Shown: in pieces, positions 9,857-18,802 of the stretch
Layout: the number at the start of each line of letters is the position of its first letter
How positions within the stretch are numbered: position 1 is the stretch's first letter
NCBI GenBank assembly: GCA_026003075.1
Contig: BPGO01000006.1
Coordinates: 7,928-71,927 of the forward strand
Length of the DNA: 64,000 nt
Origin: Fimbriimonadales bacterium
Lineage (GTDB): Bacteria > Armatimonadota > Fimbriimonadia > Fimbriimonadales > GBS-DC
Reading direction: 5' to 3'
The notes under the pieces: generated by a model
Told to the model about the DNA's origin: nothing
What the model saw: the letters and a program-made list of their open reading frames with translations, nothing else
The model's database searches: none
Translations under genes and position numbers: made by a program

Positions 9857-11266
9857 TTAACCCACAGAGCCTTCCATCTCCAATTCAATGAGGCGGTTCA
9901 ACTCGACGGCGTACTCCATCGGGAGTTGCTTCGCCAGCGGCTCGATGAAGCCCGACACGATGAGGGTCAGCGCCTCGTCCTTCTTCAGCCCACGGCTCTG
10001 CAGATAGAAGATCTGCTCATCGCTGACCTTGCTCACGCGCGCCTCGTGCCCGATGGTGACCTCCTTCTCGTTGATTTCAATGTAGGGATAGGTATCGGTC
10101 TTGGCGTCTTCATCGAGCAGCAGCGCGTCGCACTCCACATTGCACTTCGCATGGTGTGCGCCTTCCAGCACCTGCACCAGCCCACGATAGCTGGCGCGTC
10201 CCGTGCCTTTGGAGATGGACTTGGAGGTAATGCGTCCTGTGGTGTAGGGTGCGGCGTAGATGAGCTTGCCGCCCGTATCTTGGTGCTGCCCGTCGCCTGC
10301 GAACGCGACGGAGAGAATCTCGCCGCGCGCGCCCGGCTCCATGAGGTATACGGACGGATACTTCTGCGTCACGCGGGAACCTATATTGCCATCCACCCAT
10401 TCCATCACCGCGTCGCCATACGCGACGGCGCGCTTGGTCACAAGGTTATACACATCCTTCGACCAGTTCTGAATGGTGGTGTAGCGCACGCGCGCGCCGC
10501 GTTTGACGATAATCTCCACCACCGCGCTGTGCAGGGCTTCTTCGGCGTAGACGGGCGCCGTGCAGCCTTCCACATAATGCACGAACGAGCCTTCCTCGGC
10601 GATAATCAGCGTGCGCTCGAACTGACCCGCGTTCTTGGCGTTGATGCGGAAGTAGGCTTGCAGCGGGATTTCTACGCGCACACCCGCCGGCACATACACG
10701 AACGAGCCGCCCGACCACACCGCCGAGTTGAGCGCAGCGAACTTGTTATCGCTGGGCGGAATCACCGTGCCGAAGTACTCCTTCACAAGGTCAGGGTACT
10801 CGCGCACGGCGGTGTCGGTGTCCACGAAAATCACGCCCTGCTCTTCCCACTGCTTGGCAAGGTTGTGATAGACCACCTCGGAGTCGTACTGTGCGCCCAC
10901 CCCCGCGAGGAACTTGCGCTCCCACTCGGGAATGCCCAAACGGTCGAAGGTGCGCTTGATGTCTTCAGGCACTTCGTCCCAACTGCGTCCTCGACGCTTG
11001 GTCGGCTTAATATAGTAAACAATCTCGTCGAAGTTGAGTCCTGACAGGTCGGGTCCCCAAGTCGGCATCGGCTTGCTCATGAAGATTTCGTAAGCCTGCA
11101 GACGGAATTCGCGCATCCACTTCGGCTCGTTCTTCTGGTACGAGATTTCCTCCACTACGCGGCGCGTCAGACCGCGCTCGGTTTGGAACACCGGCTTGAT
11201 GTCGTCATAGAAGCCGTACTTCTGCTTATAGTCCTGATCCAGATTCAGAATATCGGGCTGTGCCAT
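9857..11266 (-). CDS. sufB: Fe-S cluster assembly protein SufB
   Basis: 469 aa. N-terminal ...YKQKYGF... region, characteristic SufB core and length, and the gene lies immediately downstream of sufC. Confidence 0.93.
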   Translation of the reverse strand: MAQPDILNLDQDYKQKYGFYDDIKPVFQTERGLTRRVVEEISYQKNEPKWMREFRLQAYEIFMSKPMPTWGPDLSGLNFDEIVYYIKPTKRRGRSWDEVPEDIKRTFDRLGIPEWERKFLAGVGAQYDSEVVYHNLAKQWEEQGVIFVDTDTAVREYPDLVKEYFGTVIPPSDNKFAALNSAVWSGGSFVYVPAGVRVEIPLQAYFRINAKNAGQFERTLIIAEEGSFVHYVEGCTAPVYAEEALHSAVVEIIVKRGARVRYTTIQNWSKDVYNLVTKRAVAYGDAVMEWVDGNIGSRVTQKYPSVYLMEPGARGEILSVAFAGDGQHQDTGGKLIYAAPYTTGRITSKSISKGTGRASYRGLVQVLEGAHHAKCNVECDALLLDEDAKTDTYPYIEINEKEVTIGHEARVSKVSDEQIFYLQSRGLKKDEALTLIVSGFIEPLAKQLPMEYAVELNRLIELEMEGSVG

Positions 11267-11280
11267 GTTAGGAAACCTCC

Positions 11281-12051
11281 TTATGGGGCGGTTGCGAGTT
11301 CACCGCGCACCCAGTCGTAGCCTTTCTCTTCAAGCTGCAGGGCTAACTCCGCTCCGCCAGAGCGCACGATGCGCCCTTCAACCATCACATGGACATAGTC
11401 GGGTGTGATATAGTTCAGAATGCGCTGATAGTGGGTAATCACGAGGAACGAGCGTTCCGGAGAGCGCATCATATTCACACCGTTCGACACAATCTTGAGC
11501 GCATCGATATCCAGTCCCGAATCGGTCTCATCCAGTACTGCCAGCACTGGCTCCAGCAGTGACATCTGCACGATTTCGAAGCGCTTCTTCTCGCCCCCCG
11601 AGAAGCCCTCGTTCACGGGGCGACCTGCGAAGCTGGGGTCCATCTCCAGTTTCTTGAGGTGCTGCAGCAGAATCTTATAGAAATCGGTATATTTCACTTC
11701 GGTATTGAATCGGCGCTGATAGGCGAGGCGCATAAAGTTCGCGATGGTGACGCCAGGCACTTCCATCGGGTATTGGAACGCAAGGAACAACCCCAGCCGT
11801 GCGCGCTCGTCGGGTTCCATCTCCAAAATGTTCTCGCCACGGAACAGCACCTCGCCGTCGGTCACCTCGTAGCCGGGGTGTCCCGCCAACACCTTCGCCA
11901 GCGTGGATTTCCCTGACCCATTCGGTCCCATGAGCGCGTGAACCTCGCCGGGATAGATGGTCAGGTTCATCCCACGCAAAATAACCTCATCTTCGTCCGG
12001 CAATTTCACCCATAGATTGCGCACTTCCAAAAGCGGTGTCTTCTCTGTCAC
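11281..12051 (-). CDS. sufC: Fe-S cluster assembly ATPase SufC
   Basis: Walker [13 protein letters not shown] signature FSGGEKKR, Walker [16 protein letters not shown] start 7 nt after AAGGAGG. Confidence 0.93.
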   Translation of the reverse strand: MTEKTPLLEVRNLWVKLPDEDEVILRGMNLTIYPGEVHALMGPNGSGKSTLAKVLAGHPGYEVTDGEVLFRGENILEMEPDERARLGLFLAFQYPMEVPGVTIANFMRLAYQRRFNTEVKYTDFYKILLQHLKKLEMDPSFAGRPVNEGFSGGEKKRFEIVQMSLLEPVLAVLDETDSGLDIDALKIVSNGVNMMRSPERSFLVITHYQRILNYITPDYVHVMVEGRIVRSGGAELALQLEEKGYDWVRGELATAP

Positions 12052-12071
12052 GGTATAGCCTCCTTAGTTGT

Positions 12072-12114
12072 TTAGCGTGGCTAAATAATACCCGATACGG
12101 CGCGGGTTTGTCAA
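12072..12114 (-). promoter_or_regulatory. sigma70-like promoter of sufCB with an abutting palindromic operator
   Basis: On the minus strand: TTGACA (12109-12114), an 18-nt spacer, TATTAT (12085-12090), then immediately the palindrome TTAGC-N3-GCTAA (12072-12084). The same architecture recurs upstream of sufD at 47131-47173. Confidence 0.65.
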
Positions 12115-12266
12115 GTGTGGAGAGCGCGCTTGAGGGCAGGTTCAATCACCGCACCATGGTGGGTCGAACGAAGAGGTAGGTTGGACACACATACCGTGAC
12201 GATACCTCCTCTACCTTGCCTCTAAAAATGCGCTCAAAACGCCGACAATTTCCGCAGGAGGGTACT

Positions 12267-13973
12267 ATGTACGGCGTTAAGCGATTGGGCGAATGGCTGC
12301 TCCAAAAGGGGAAAATCACCCCCCAGCAGCTGGAGGAAGCGTTGGCGTATCAGCGCCAAACGGGGCGAAAGCTCGGGGAAACGCTGATTGAATTGGGCTT
12401 CATCACGCACGACGACTATTACGAGGCGCAAGCGGAACAGTGGGAGTGTCCTTACGAACCGCTGCGGGATGCCACAATCCAGCAAGCGATGGCCGTTCGC
12501 CACTGGATCGGGATGGACGAGGCGACGCGCTTTATGGTCGTGCCCCTTCGCGAAGAGGGGATCATTCTCTGGGTCGCTACCGCCGACCCGAATAATGTGG
12601 AGATGATTGACCACCTGCGTCAAAGCACGGGCAAATTTATCAAGGTCGCGTTTAGCCCACCTGAACGAATCTTACAAGCCATCGCGCGCATCTATAGCCT
12701 GCATGGCGTTGAAGAACCACAAGAGGGCAACACGGTTGAGATAGAGGAGCGTGAGTCGGAAGAGATCGCCGATATTTCACACATCGATAAAGCGATTCTG
12801 CAGACGCCGGTGATACGCCTTGTTAACGGCGTGCTGTTAGAGGCGGTGGAGCGTGGCGCGAGCGACATCCATTTTGAGCCGTTAGAGACCCGCATGCAGA
12901 TTCGGCTACGGATAGACGGCGTACTCTATCCTGTGCGCGAGATCCCCCTAACGCTAATGCCCGCCGTTACGGCGCGTGTGAAGTTGCTGGCGGAAATGGA
13001 TATCGCCGAACGACGCCTGCCCCAAGATGGACGATTTGTGATCAAAACGGGCGACGCGAAGTTGGATGCGCGCGTCTCTTCCCTGCCTACCGTGTATGGG
13101 GAACGGGTGGTCGTGCGTATCTTGAATCGCGACAATGCCACAAAAAGCCTCTCCGAATTGGGGATGCCCGACGCGGTCGCACAGGGGATTCTGAACCTTG
13201 TTAGCAAGCCCTGGGGCATGATTCTGGTCACAGGTCCCACAGGGTCGGGTAAAAGCACCACGCTATATGCGCTTTTACAGCAAATCAAATCGGACCGCCG
13301 CAATATCCTCACTTGTGAAGATCCGGTGGAGTTTACCATTGAAGGGATTGGACAATCGCAAGTGAACGAACGGATTGGGTTGACTTTTGCGACGCAGTTG
13401 CGGGCGATGTTGCGTCAGGATCCCGATGTGGTACTGGTGGGTGAGATTCGAGACGCAGAGACGGCAGAAATCGCTTGTCGCGCAGCGATGACGGGGCACT
13501 TAGTGCTGTCCACGCTGCACACGAACGACTCTACCAGCGCGCCTGCGCGGATGACCGATATGGGCATACCGCCGTTCCTAATCAACTCGGCTTTAATTGG
13601 CGTCGTGGCGCAACGATTGGTGCGTCGGCTCTGCGAACGCTGCAAGGAGCCGATTACCATCACCGACCCGGCTGTGACCACGCTCTTTGGGGGCACGAAG
13701 TTGGAGTCCTATCGCGCGGTCGGTTGCAACGCTTGCAATAATATCGGCTACAAAGGGCGAGTCGGCTTGTACGAACTGTTTATCCTGAGCGACCCAGTGC
13801 GTCGCCTGATAGCACAACAAGCAGACAGTGAAGCCATTCGCGCCGCAACGCCCCCGGGTACCTTGTTTACTATCCAAGAAGACGCCTTACGAAAGGTACG
13901 CGAGGGGCTGACCACCATAGAAGAAGTGCTTTCACAGATACACATTCAGGGGGCAACGGCGCCTGCCGCATAG
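12267..13973 (+). CDS. type II secretion / type IV pilus assembly ATPase (GspE/PilB family)
   Basis: N-terminal MshEN/T2SSE_N-like domain, Walker A GPTGSGKST, Asp box, Walker B VVLVGEIRD, and a CxxC...CxxC tetracysteine motif. AGGAGG lies 5 nt upstream of the ATG at 12267. Confidence 0.9.
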   Translation: MYGVKRLGEWLLQKGKITPQQLEEALAYQRQTGRKLGETLIELGFITHDDYYEAQAEQWECPYEPLRDATIQQAMAVRHWIGMDEATRFMVVPLREEGIILWVATADPNNVEMIDHLRQSTGKFIKVAFSPPERILQAIARIYSLHGVEEPQEGNTVEIEERESEEIADISHIDKAILQTPVIRLVNGVLLEAVERGASDIHFEPLETRMQIRLRIDGVLYPVREIPLTLMPAVTARVKLLAEMDIAERRLPQDGRFVIKTGDAKLDARVSSLPTVYGERVVVRILNRDNATKSLSELGMPDAVAQGILNLVSKPWGMILVTGPTGSGKSTTLYALLQQIKSDRRNILTCEDPVEFTIEGIGQSQVNERIGLTFATQLRAMLRQDPDVVLVGEIRDAETAEIACRAAMTGHLVLSTLHTNDSTSAPARMTDMGIPPFLINSALIGVVAQRLVRRLCERCKEPITITDPAVTTLFGGTKLESYRAVGCNACNNIGYKGRVGLYELFILSDPVRRLIAQQADSEAIRAATPPGTLFTIQEDALRKVREGLTTIEEVLSQIHIQGATAPAA

Positions 13974-13993
13974 CACTAAACGACTACCGAGAG

Positions 13994-14025
13994 CAAGGTT
14001 CGGCGGTCCAAGCTGCCGAACCTTG
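13994..14025. terminator. candidate bidirectional terminator hairpin between the convergent ATPase and pilin genes
   Basis: CAAGGTTCGGC-N10-GCCGAACCTTG forms a perfect 11-bp stem. Confidence 0.45.
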
Positions 14026-14043
14026 CGTTAGCAATACGGAATC

Positions 14044-14382
14044 TTAGTACGAATGGGTTCCACCGATACTGCAAGTCGGGCGTGTTCGGACATTGCGGAG
14101 CGTATAAGTGCCGCCCGAGGGACACTGGGGCTGTCGCTGCAGGAACTGGGGTACCAGCTGTCCCCAGCCGGGAGTCGCGGTTCCTGGACGGCGATTGACA
14201 ATCGCCCACTGCTCTTTGGCTGATTGGATTTGTCGCAGGTTGGCGCGGCACGCATTGGCGCGCGCGCGTTCACTCGCGTTAAAAAAGCTCGGCAAGGCAA
14301 CCGCCAACAGGATGCCGATAATCATCACGACAATCAGAATCTCGATGAGCGTATACCCGCTTTTACGCCATATCCAGCGCAT
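14044..14382 (-). CDS. prepilin-type N-terminal cleavage/methylation domain protein (pilin/pseudopilin)
   Basis: MRWIWRKSGYTLIEILIVVMIIGILLAVALPSF is a class III signal peptide. GGAGG RBS precedes the ATG at 14382. The longer ORF (to 14571) has no support. Confidence 0.85.
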   Translation of the reverse strand: MRWIWRKSGYTLIEILIVVMIIGILLAVALPSFFNASERARANACRANLRQIQSAKEQWAIVNRRPGTATPGWGQLVPQFLQRQPQCPSGGTYTLRNVRTRPTCSIGGTHSY

Positions 14383-14510
14383 TTTCTTACCTCCATGCGA
14401 TTGGGTGGGCGTGCTGTACCAGTTTACAAGGATATCCACACAATCCCACTCTGTACGATTTATTCCATAATACGAAATGGGAGGACTGGTAAAAAATGTA
14501 GGTTTTCGTG

Positions 14511-14725
14511 GGGAGTGCAATACGCGCGGGTAGTCCAAATCGCGTCGGCGGGAGCGACGCAGGCCGCTCAAGACGGGCGCGGTGGACAGTCAAAGTGTAT
14601 TGCCTCCCGAAAGGGGTACGCGGGTATGACGGCGGGAAGAAAACCAAATGGCGCAAACGCCCCACAGCGGTGGGCTCGCAAGGATACGGCGGGTGATGCG
14701 GTATCTTATAAGAAGCGGTTTGAGG
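14511..14725 (+). mobile_element. internally deleted remnant of the IS5-family (IS427-group-like) element found at 18.8, 32.5 and 39.0 kb
   Basis: Nucleotide similarity to the IS interior (CGCGTCGGCGGGAGCGACGC...GGTGGACAGTCA.AGTGT...GGGTA.GACGG.GG.AAGAAAA.CAAA.GGCGCAAACG), then a jump to the IS right-end sequence (GGATACGGCGG.TGATGCGGTATCTT). The left ~300 bp and ~400 internal bp are missing. Confidence 0.6.
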
Positions 14726-14801
14726 AGATTCAGCGTGCCACCGCATGGCTGCACACCACCGGGCTGCACATTGAGCCTGCGGAGCGTTCTGTTTTTGGCT
14801 A

Positions 14802-15410
14802 ATGGAGCACGCGGTTCAACTTAAGAAGCCCCAGCCTCCCGCCGATTCTGAGGCGTTCTGGCGGACGGCGGCGCAGGGAGCCGAGGCGACGCCCGTGCGC
14901 TACGAGCGCGTGCATTTCGAACAGGATGACCATCCCACGCATCAGGCGCTCCGTCTACGCTGGGTGGACGTCGACGGACGGGCACGGGAAGGGTGGTATG
15001 CTATCCCGATTGGTGTGCCGACCCCGATGCCCGCGGTGCTGTATCTGCCCGGCTACGGCGTCGGCACGGCGCCCATCAACGAAAACACGATGTTTGAGAA
15101 ATGTATCACTTTTTCTATCAACCTGCACGGCTACGCCGTCGAACCGAATGTGCCCTATCGCCCCGAACTCGGCTATTTCATGCGCGGAATCGAGTCGCCT
15201 CAGAGTTATATCTATCGGCGTCTCGTGCAAGATTCCATCGTGGCGATGCGTGTGCTGGCAGCGCAAGCGGAGGTCGACTCCAGCAAACTCATCGCGGCGG
15301 GGCTAAGCCAAGGTGGTGGTCTGGCAGTGATGTTGGGCGCGTGGCGTCGCCTGACGCGCTGTCAAGGGGGAGGGTGTTTGCGAATTCTGTAGAAGCAGGA
15401 TTCTTCCCCG
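14802..15410 (+). pseudogene. 3'-truncated, frameshifted acetyl-xylan-esterase / cephalosporin-C-deacetylase (AXE1) family gene
   Basis: The N-terminal ~185 aa are collinear with the AXE1 family as far as the nucleophile motif GLSQGGG. Similarity then continues briefly in another frame (RAVKGEGVCEF) and stops. The Asp/His half of the fold is absent, and the next gene starts at 15441. Confidence 0.6.
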
Positions 15411-15440
15411 CATACGGCGAACTTTCGCGCTTGGAGGGCT

Positions 15441-16418
15441 ATGACTATGCAATATACACATCTGGGTCGTTCAGGGTTACTGGTAAGCCGATTATGTCTT
15501 GGCACGATGAACTTCGGTCCCAACACCAGCGAAGAGGACTCGTATCGCATTATGGACCGCGCGCTGGAGCTGGGCATCAACTTTTTTGACACGGCGAATG
15601 TGTACGGCTGGGTGAAAGGCGAAGGCGTCACCGAGCAGATTATCGGGCGATGGTGGTCGCAAGGTGGAGGCAGGCGCGAGAAGGTGGTGATTGCCACCAA
15701 GGTCTACGGTGTGATGGGCGATTGGCCCAACGAATCGCGCCTGTCTGCTCTGCATATTAAGCGTGCCTGCGAAGATAGCCTGCGCCGACTCCGAACAGAC
15801 TACATCGACCTGTATCAGATGCACCATGTAGACCGCGAGTGCCCTTGGGAAGAGATTTGGCAAGCGATGGAGCAGCTCTACCGCGAGGGCAAGATTCTCT
15901 ATGTCGGCAGCAGTAACTTCGCGGGATGGCACATTACGCAGGCGCAGGAACTCGCAAAGCAACGCCATTTTATGGGGCTGGTCTCTGAGCAGAGCCTCTA
16001 CAACCTCACCGCTCGAATGATCGAGCTGGAGGTGATCCCCGCCTGCTTACACTACGGCATAGGCATCATCCCTTGGAGTCCGCTGGCGAGTGGCTTGCTG
16101 GGCGGCATTCTGAAGGGCGTGCAGGAGGGGCGACGCGCTTCTGAAGCGGTGCAGAAACGCCTCGCTCAGTATCGCGACCGCATCGAGCAATACGAAGCGT
16201 TCTGTGAGGAGCTGGGCGAAGAGCCTGCCAATGTCGCGCTGGCGTGGCTGCTGCACCAGCCCGGTGTCACTGCGCCGATTATCGGTCCGCGCACGCTGGA
16301 GCAGTTAGAACGCAGCATGCGGGCGTTGGAGATTAAGCTGGACGAAACCGCGCTCAAGCGTCTCGACGAGATCTTCCCCGGTCCTGGCGGCCCTGCGCCA
16401 GAAGCATACGCATGGTAG
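15441..16418 (+). CDS. aldo/keto reductase family oxidoreductase
   Basis: 325 aa with LGTMNFG, INFFDTANVYG, DLYQMHHVD and IIGPRTLEQL, which are typical AKR motifs. Confidence 0.9.
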   Translation: MTMQYTHLGRSGLLVSRLCLGTMNFGPNTSEEDSYRIMDRALELGINFFDTANVYGWVKGEGVTEQIIGRWWSQGGGRREKVVIATKVYGVMGDWPNESRLSALHIKRACEDSLRRLRTDYIDLYQMHHVDRECPWEEIWQAMEQLYREGKILYVGSSNFAGWHITQAQELAKQRHFMGLVSEQSLYNLTARMIELEVIPACLHYGIGIIPWSPLASGLLGGILKGVQEGRRASEAVQKRLAQYRDRIEQYEAFCEELGEEPANVALAWLLHQPGVTAPIIGPRTLEQLERSMRALEIKLDETALKRLDEIFPGPGGPAPEAYAW

Positions 16419-16597
16419 GGCGTGCGTGAAGATGCCATCAGGGGCAGACCTATAGTCCCTGATGGCGTTCACTCCTTCGCAACGGCTTAATAACAGGCGA
16501 CGACGAAGCAGCTTCGTTCGGCGGCGAGCGAGTGGGGGCATTCGTGCGTAAATCGGTACCTTCAGAACCCTCCAGCCGATGCCAATAATTCTCCCGT

Positions 16598-18688
16598 ATG
16601 GCGTGGGCGAACTGGCTAACGCGGGCACTGCGCAACTCCGACCTGATGATTGCGCTGGCAATCCTCGTCGTGGTGACGATGCTCATTTTACCCCTGCCCA
16701 AGTGGATGTTGGACACTTTTATTGTGTTCAACTTCGCCGCGTCCATCATCATCGCGCTGATGGCGGTGAATATCACCAACCCGTTGCAGTTTTCGGTGTT
16801 CCCCGCGCTGTTGCTGGTGACCACGCTGTTTCGACTGGCGCTGAGCATCGTGGCAACAAAGCATATCTTAGGCACGGGCAGCGCCGGCAAGGTGATTGAG
16901 ACTTTCGGGCAGTTCGTGGTGGGGGGCGACTTCGTGGTGGGCGTGGTCGCGTTCCTGATTCTGGTGGTGGTGCAGTTTGTGGTCATCACCAACGGTGCAG
17001 GGCGCGTGGCGGAGGTCGCGGCGCGCTTCACACTGGACGCGATGCCCGGCAAACAGATGGCGATCGACGCCGACCTCAACGCGGGGTTGATTACCCAAGA
17101 GGAAGCAAAACGCCGACGCCGTGCCATCGAGCTGGAAGCCGACTTCTACGGTGCGATGGACGGTGCCAGCAAGTTCGTCAAGGGCGATGCCATCGCGGCG
17201 GTACTGATTATCCTCATCAACATCATCGGCGGGTTCGCGGTGGGCTTTTTGCGCGGGCAGGGCGACGCGATGACCGTGTTGCAGACCTACACGTTGCTGA
17301 CGGTGGGCGAGGGCTTGGTGGCGCAAATTCCGGCGCTGCTGATTTCCACTGCGACGGGCTTGCTGGTGACCCGCGCCTCCACCGAACAAGCGATGGGGCA
17401 GGATGTGGTGGGGCAAGTACTGCAGTATCCCCGTGTGCTGATGGCAGCCGGCGGGGCGATTGCGTTTCTCTCGCTCGTGCCTGGGTTCCCGAAAGTGCAG
17501 TTCGTGGTGGTGGGTGCGGCGCTGTTCGGATTGGGCTATCTGGCAACGCGCGTGAATCTATTACCCCCACCTCCGCAGCCCGAGCAGCCTGAAGAACCCG
17601 CCACACCCCCACCCACAGGTCCCGAAGCCGTGCTGCCCATGCTGAAAGTGGATGCGATTGAACTCGAAATCGGCTACGGGCTAATGCCCCTTGTAGACCC
17701 GAACCAAAAAGGCGACCTGCTGGAGCGCATCGCAGCAATCCGCAGACAGTTGGCGACCGACTTAGGCTTCGTGATGCCCTCCGTGCGCGTGCGCGATAAT
17801 GTCCGCCTACGCCCGCTGCAGTATCAGATCAAAATCCGCGGCGAGACGGTGGCGCAGGCGGAAGCGCAACCGCGTATGCTCTTGGCGATGCCCCCCAGCT
17901 CCGACTCGCCCCCCCTCGAAGGCGTCGCCACCACCGAGCCGGTGTTCGGCATGCGTGCCTATTGGATTGAACCGCACCTGCGCGAACAGGCGCAACGGCT
18001 GGGCTACACCGTCGTGGAGCCGACGGCGGTGGTCGCCACGCACCTGACCGAAATCGTGCGTCGCCACGCCGCCGAACTGCTCGGACGCGCCGAAGTGCAG
18101 CAACTGCTGGATAACCTCAAGGAGCATAACGCCGTCGTGGTGCAAGAGGTCGTGCCCGATTTGCTCACGCTGGGCGAGGTGCAGAAAGTGCTGCAACATC
18201 TGTTGCGCGAGGGGGTGCCCATCCGCGACTTGGAGACCATCTTGGAAACGCTGGGCGACCACGCAGGCCGCACGCGTGATGTGGAAGCGCTGGGCGAGTA
18301 TGCCCGCGCCGCGCTGGCGCGTACCATCACCCACCGCCTGCAGTCGCCTGATGGCAAACTGCGCCTGATGGTGTTCGAACCTGCGCTGGAAGCCTCCCTC
18401 CGCGAGCGCATCGAGCAGACCCCGCATGGCGTCGCGCTCAGCTTGGATATGGATACCAGTCGCGCCCTCCTGCAAGCGATTGGGCACCACGCGCAACAAA
18501 TGACCGCGCGCGGCTACCTACCCGTGTTGGCGTGCGCAGGCAACCTCCGACTACCTGTACGAAAACTGCTCGGTGCAGAACTGCCCCAACTGCATGTCAT
18601 CGCCTACCACGAAATCGCGCCCAACACGAACATCGAAATCGTGGAACAGATTAGCCGCGCGGAGGTCCTGAGCGCAGTGGCGGCGTAG
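16598..18688 (+). CDS. flhA: flagellar / type III export apparatus protein FlhA
   Basis: 696 aa. N-terminal membrane domain with FPALLLVTTLFRLALSI, the FHIPEP block ITNGAGRVAEVAARFTLDAMPGKQMAIDADL, and a C-terminal cytoplasmic domain. No other flagellar genes lie in the window. Confidence 0.9.
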   Translation: MAWANWLTRALRNSDLMIALAILVVVTMLILPLPKWMLDTFIVFNFAASIIIALMAVNITNPLQFSVFPALLLVTTLFRLALSIVATKHILGTGSAGKVIETFGQFVVGGDFVVGVVAFLILVVVQFVVITNGAGRVAEVAARFTLDAMPGKQMAIDADLNAGLITQEEAKRRRRAIELEADFYGAMDGASKFVKGDAIAAVLIILINIIGGFAVGFLRGQGDAMTVLQTYTLLTVGEGLVAQIPALLISTATGLLVTRASTEQAMGQDVVGQVLQYPRVLMAAGGAIAFLSLVPGFPKVQFVVVGAALFGLGYLATRVNLLPPPPQPEQPEEPATPPPTGPEAVLPMLKVDAIELEIGYGLMPLVDPNQKGDLLERIAAIRRQLATDLGFVMPSVRVRDNVRLRPLQYQIKIRGETVAQAEAQPRMLLAMPPSSDSPPLEGVATTEPVFGMRAYWIEPHLREQAQRLGYTVVEPTAVVATHLTEIVRRHAAELLGRAEVQQLLDNLKEHNAVVVQEVVPDLLTLGEVQKVLQHLLREGVPIRDLETILETLGDHAGRTRDVEALGEYARAALARTITHRLQSPDGKLRLMVFEPALEASLRERIEQTPHGVALSLDMDTSRALLQAIGHHAQQMTARGYLPVLACAGNLRLPVRKLLGAELPQLHVIAYHEIAPNTNIEIVEQISRAEVLSAVAA

Positions 18689-18802
18689 GGATTCCAAATC
18701 CAGAACCTCCGCTGCCAGTATAACGACGCAAATTGTGGAAAATCAAGCCATTGCTTCTCGCGTCAGAAAAGTTTTTCTAACAGTTCTGTGGGATTCAAGT
18801 CA

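Noticed and set aside
9926-11044. A 372-aa plus-strand ORF.
   Set aside because: It is antisense to sufB. It has Arg/Ala/Gly/His-rich shadow-frame composition and no motifs.
16450-17127. A 225-aa minus-strand ORF, and similar antisense ORFs at 16868-17416 and 17807-18499.
   Set aside because: They are antisense to flhA and have low-complexity Thr/Ala/Arg/His-rich translations.
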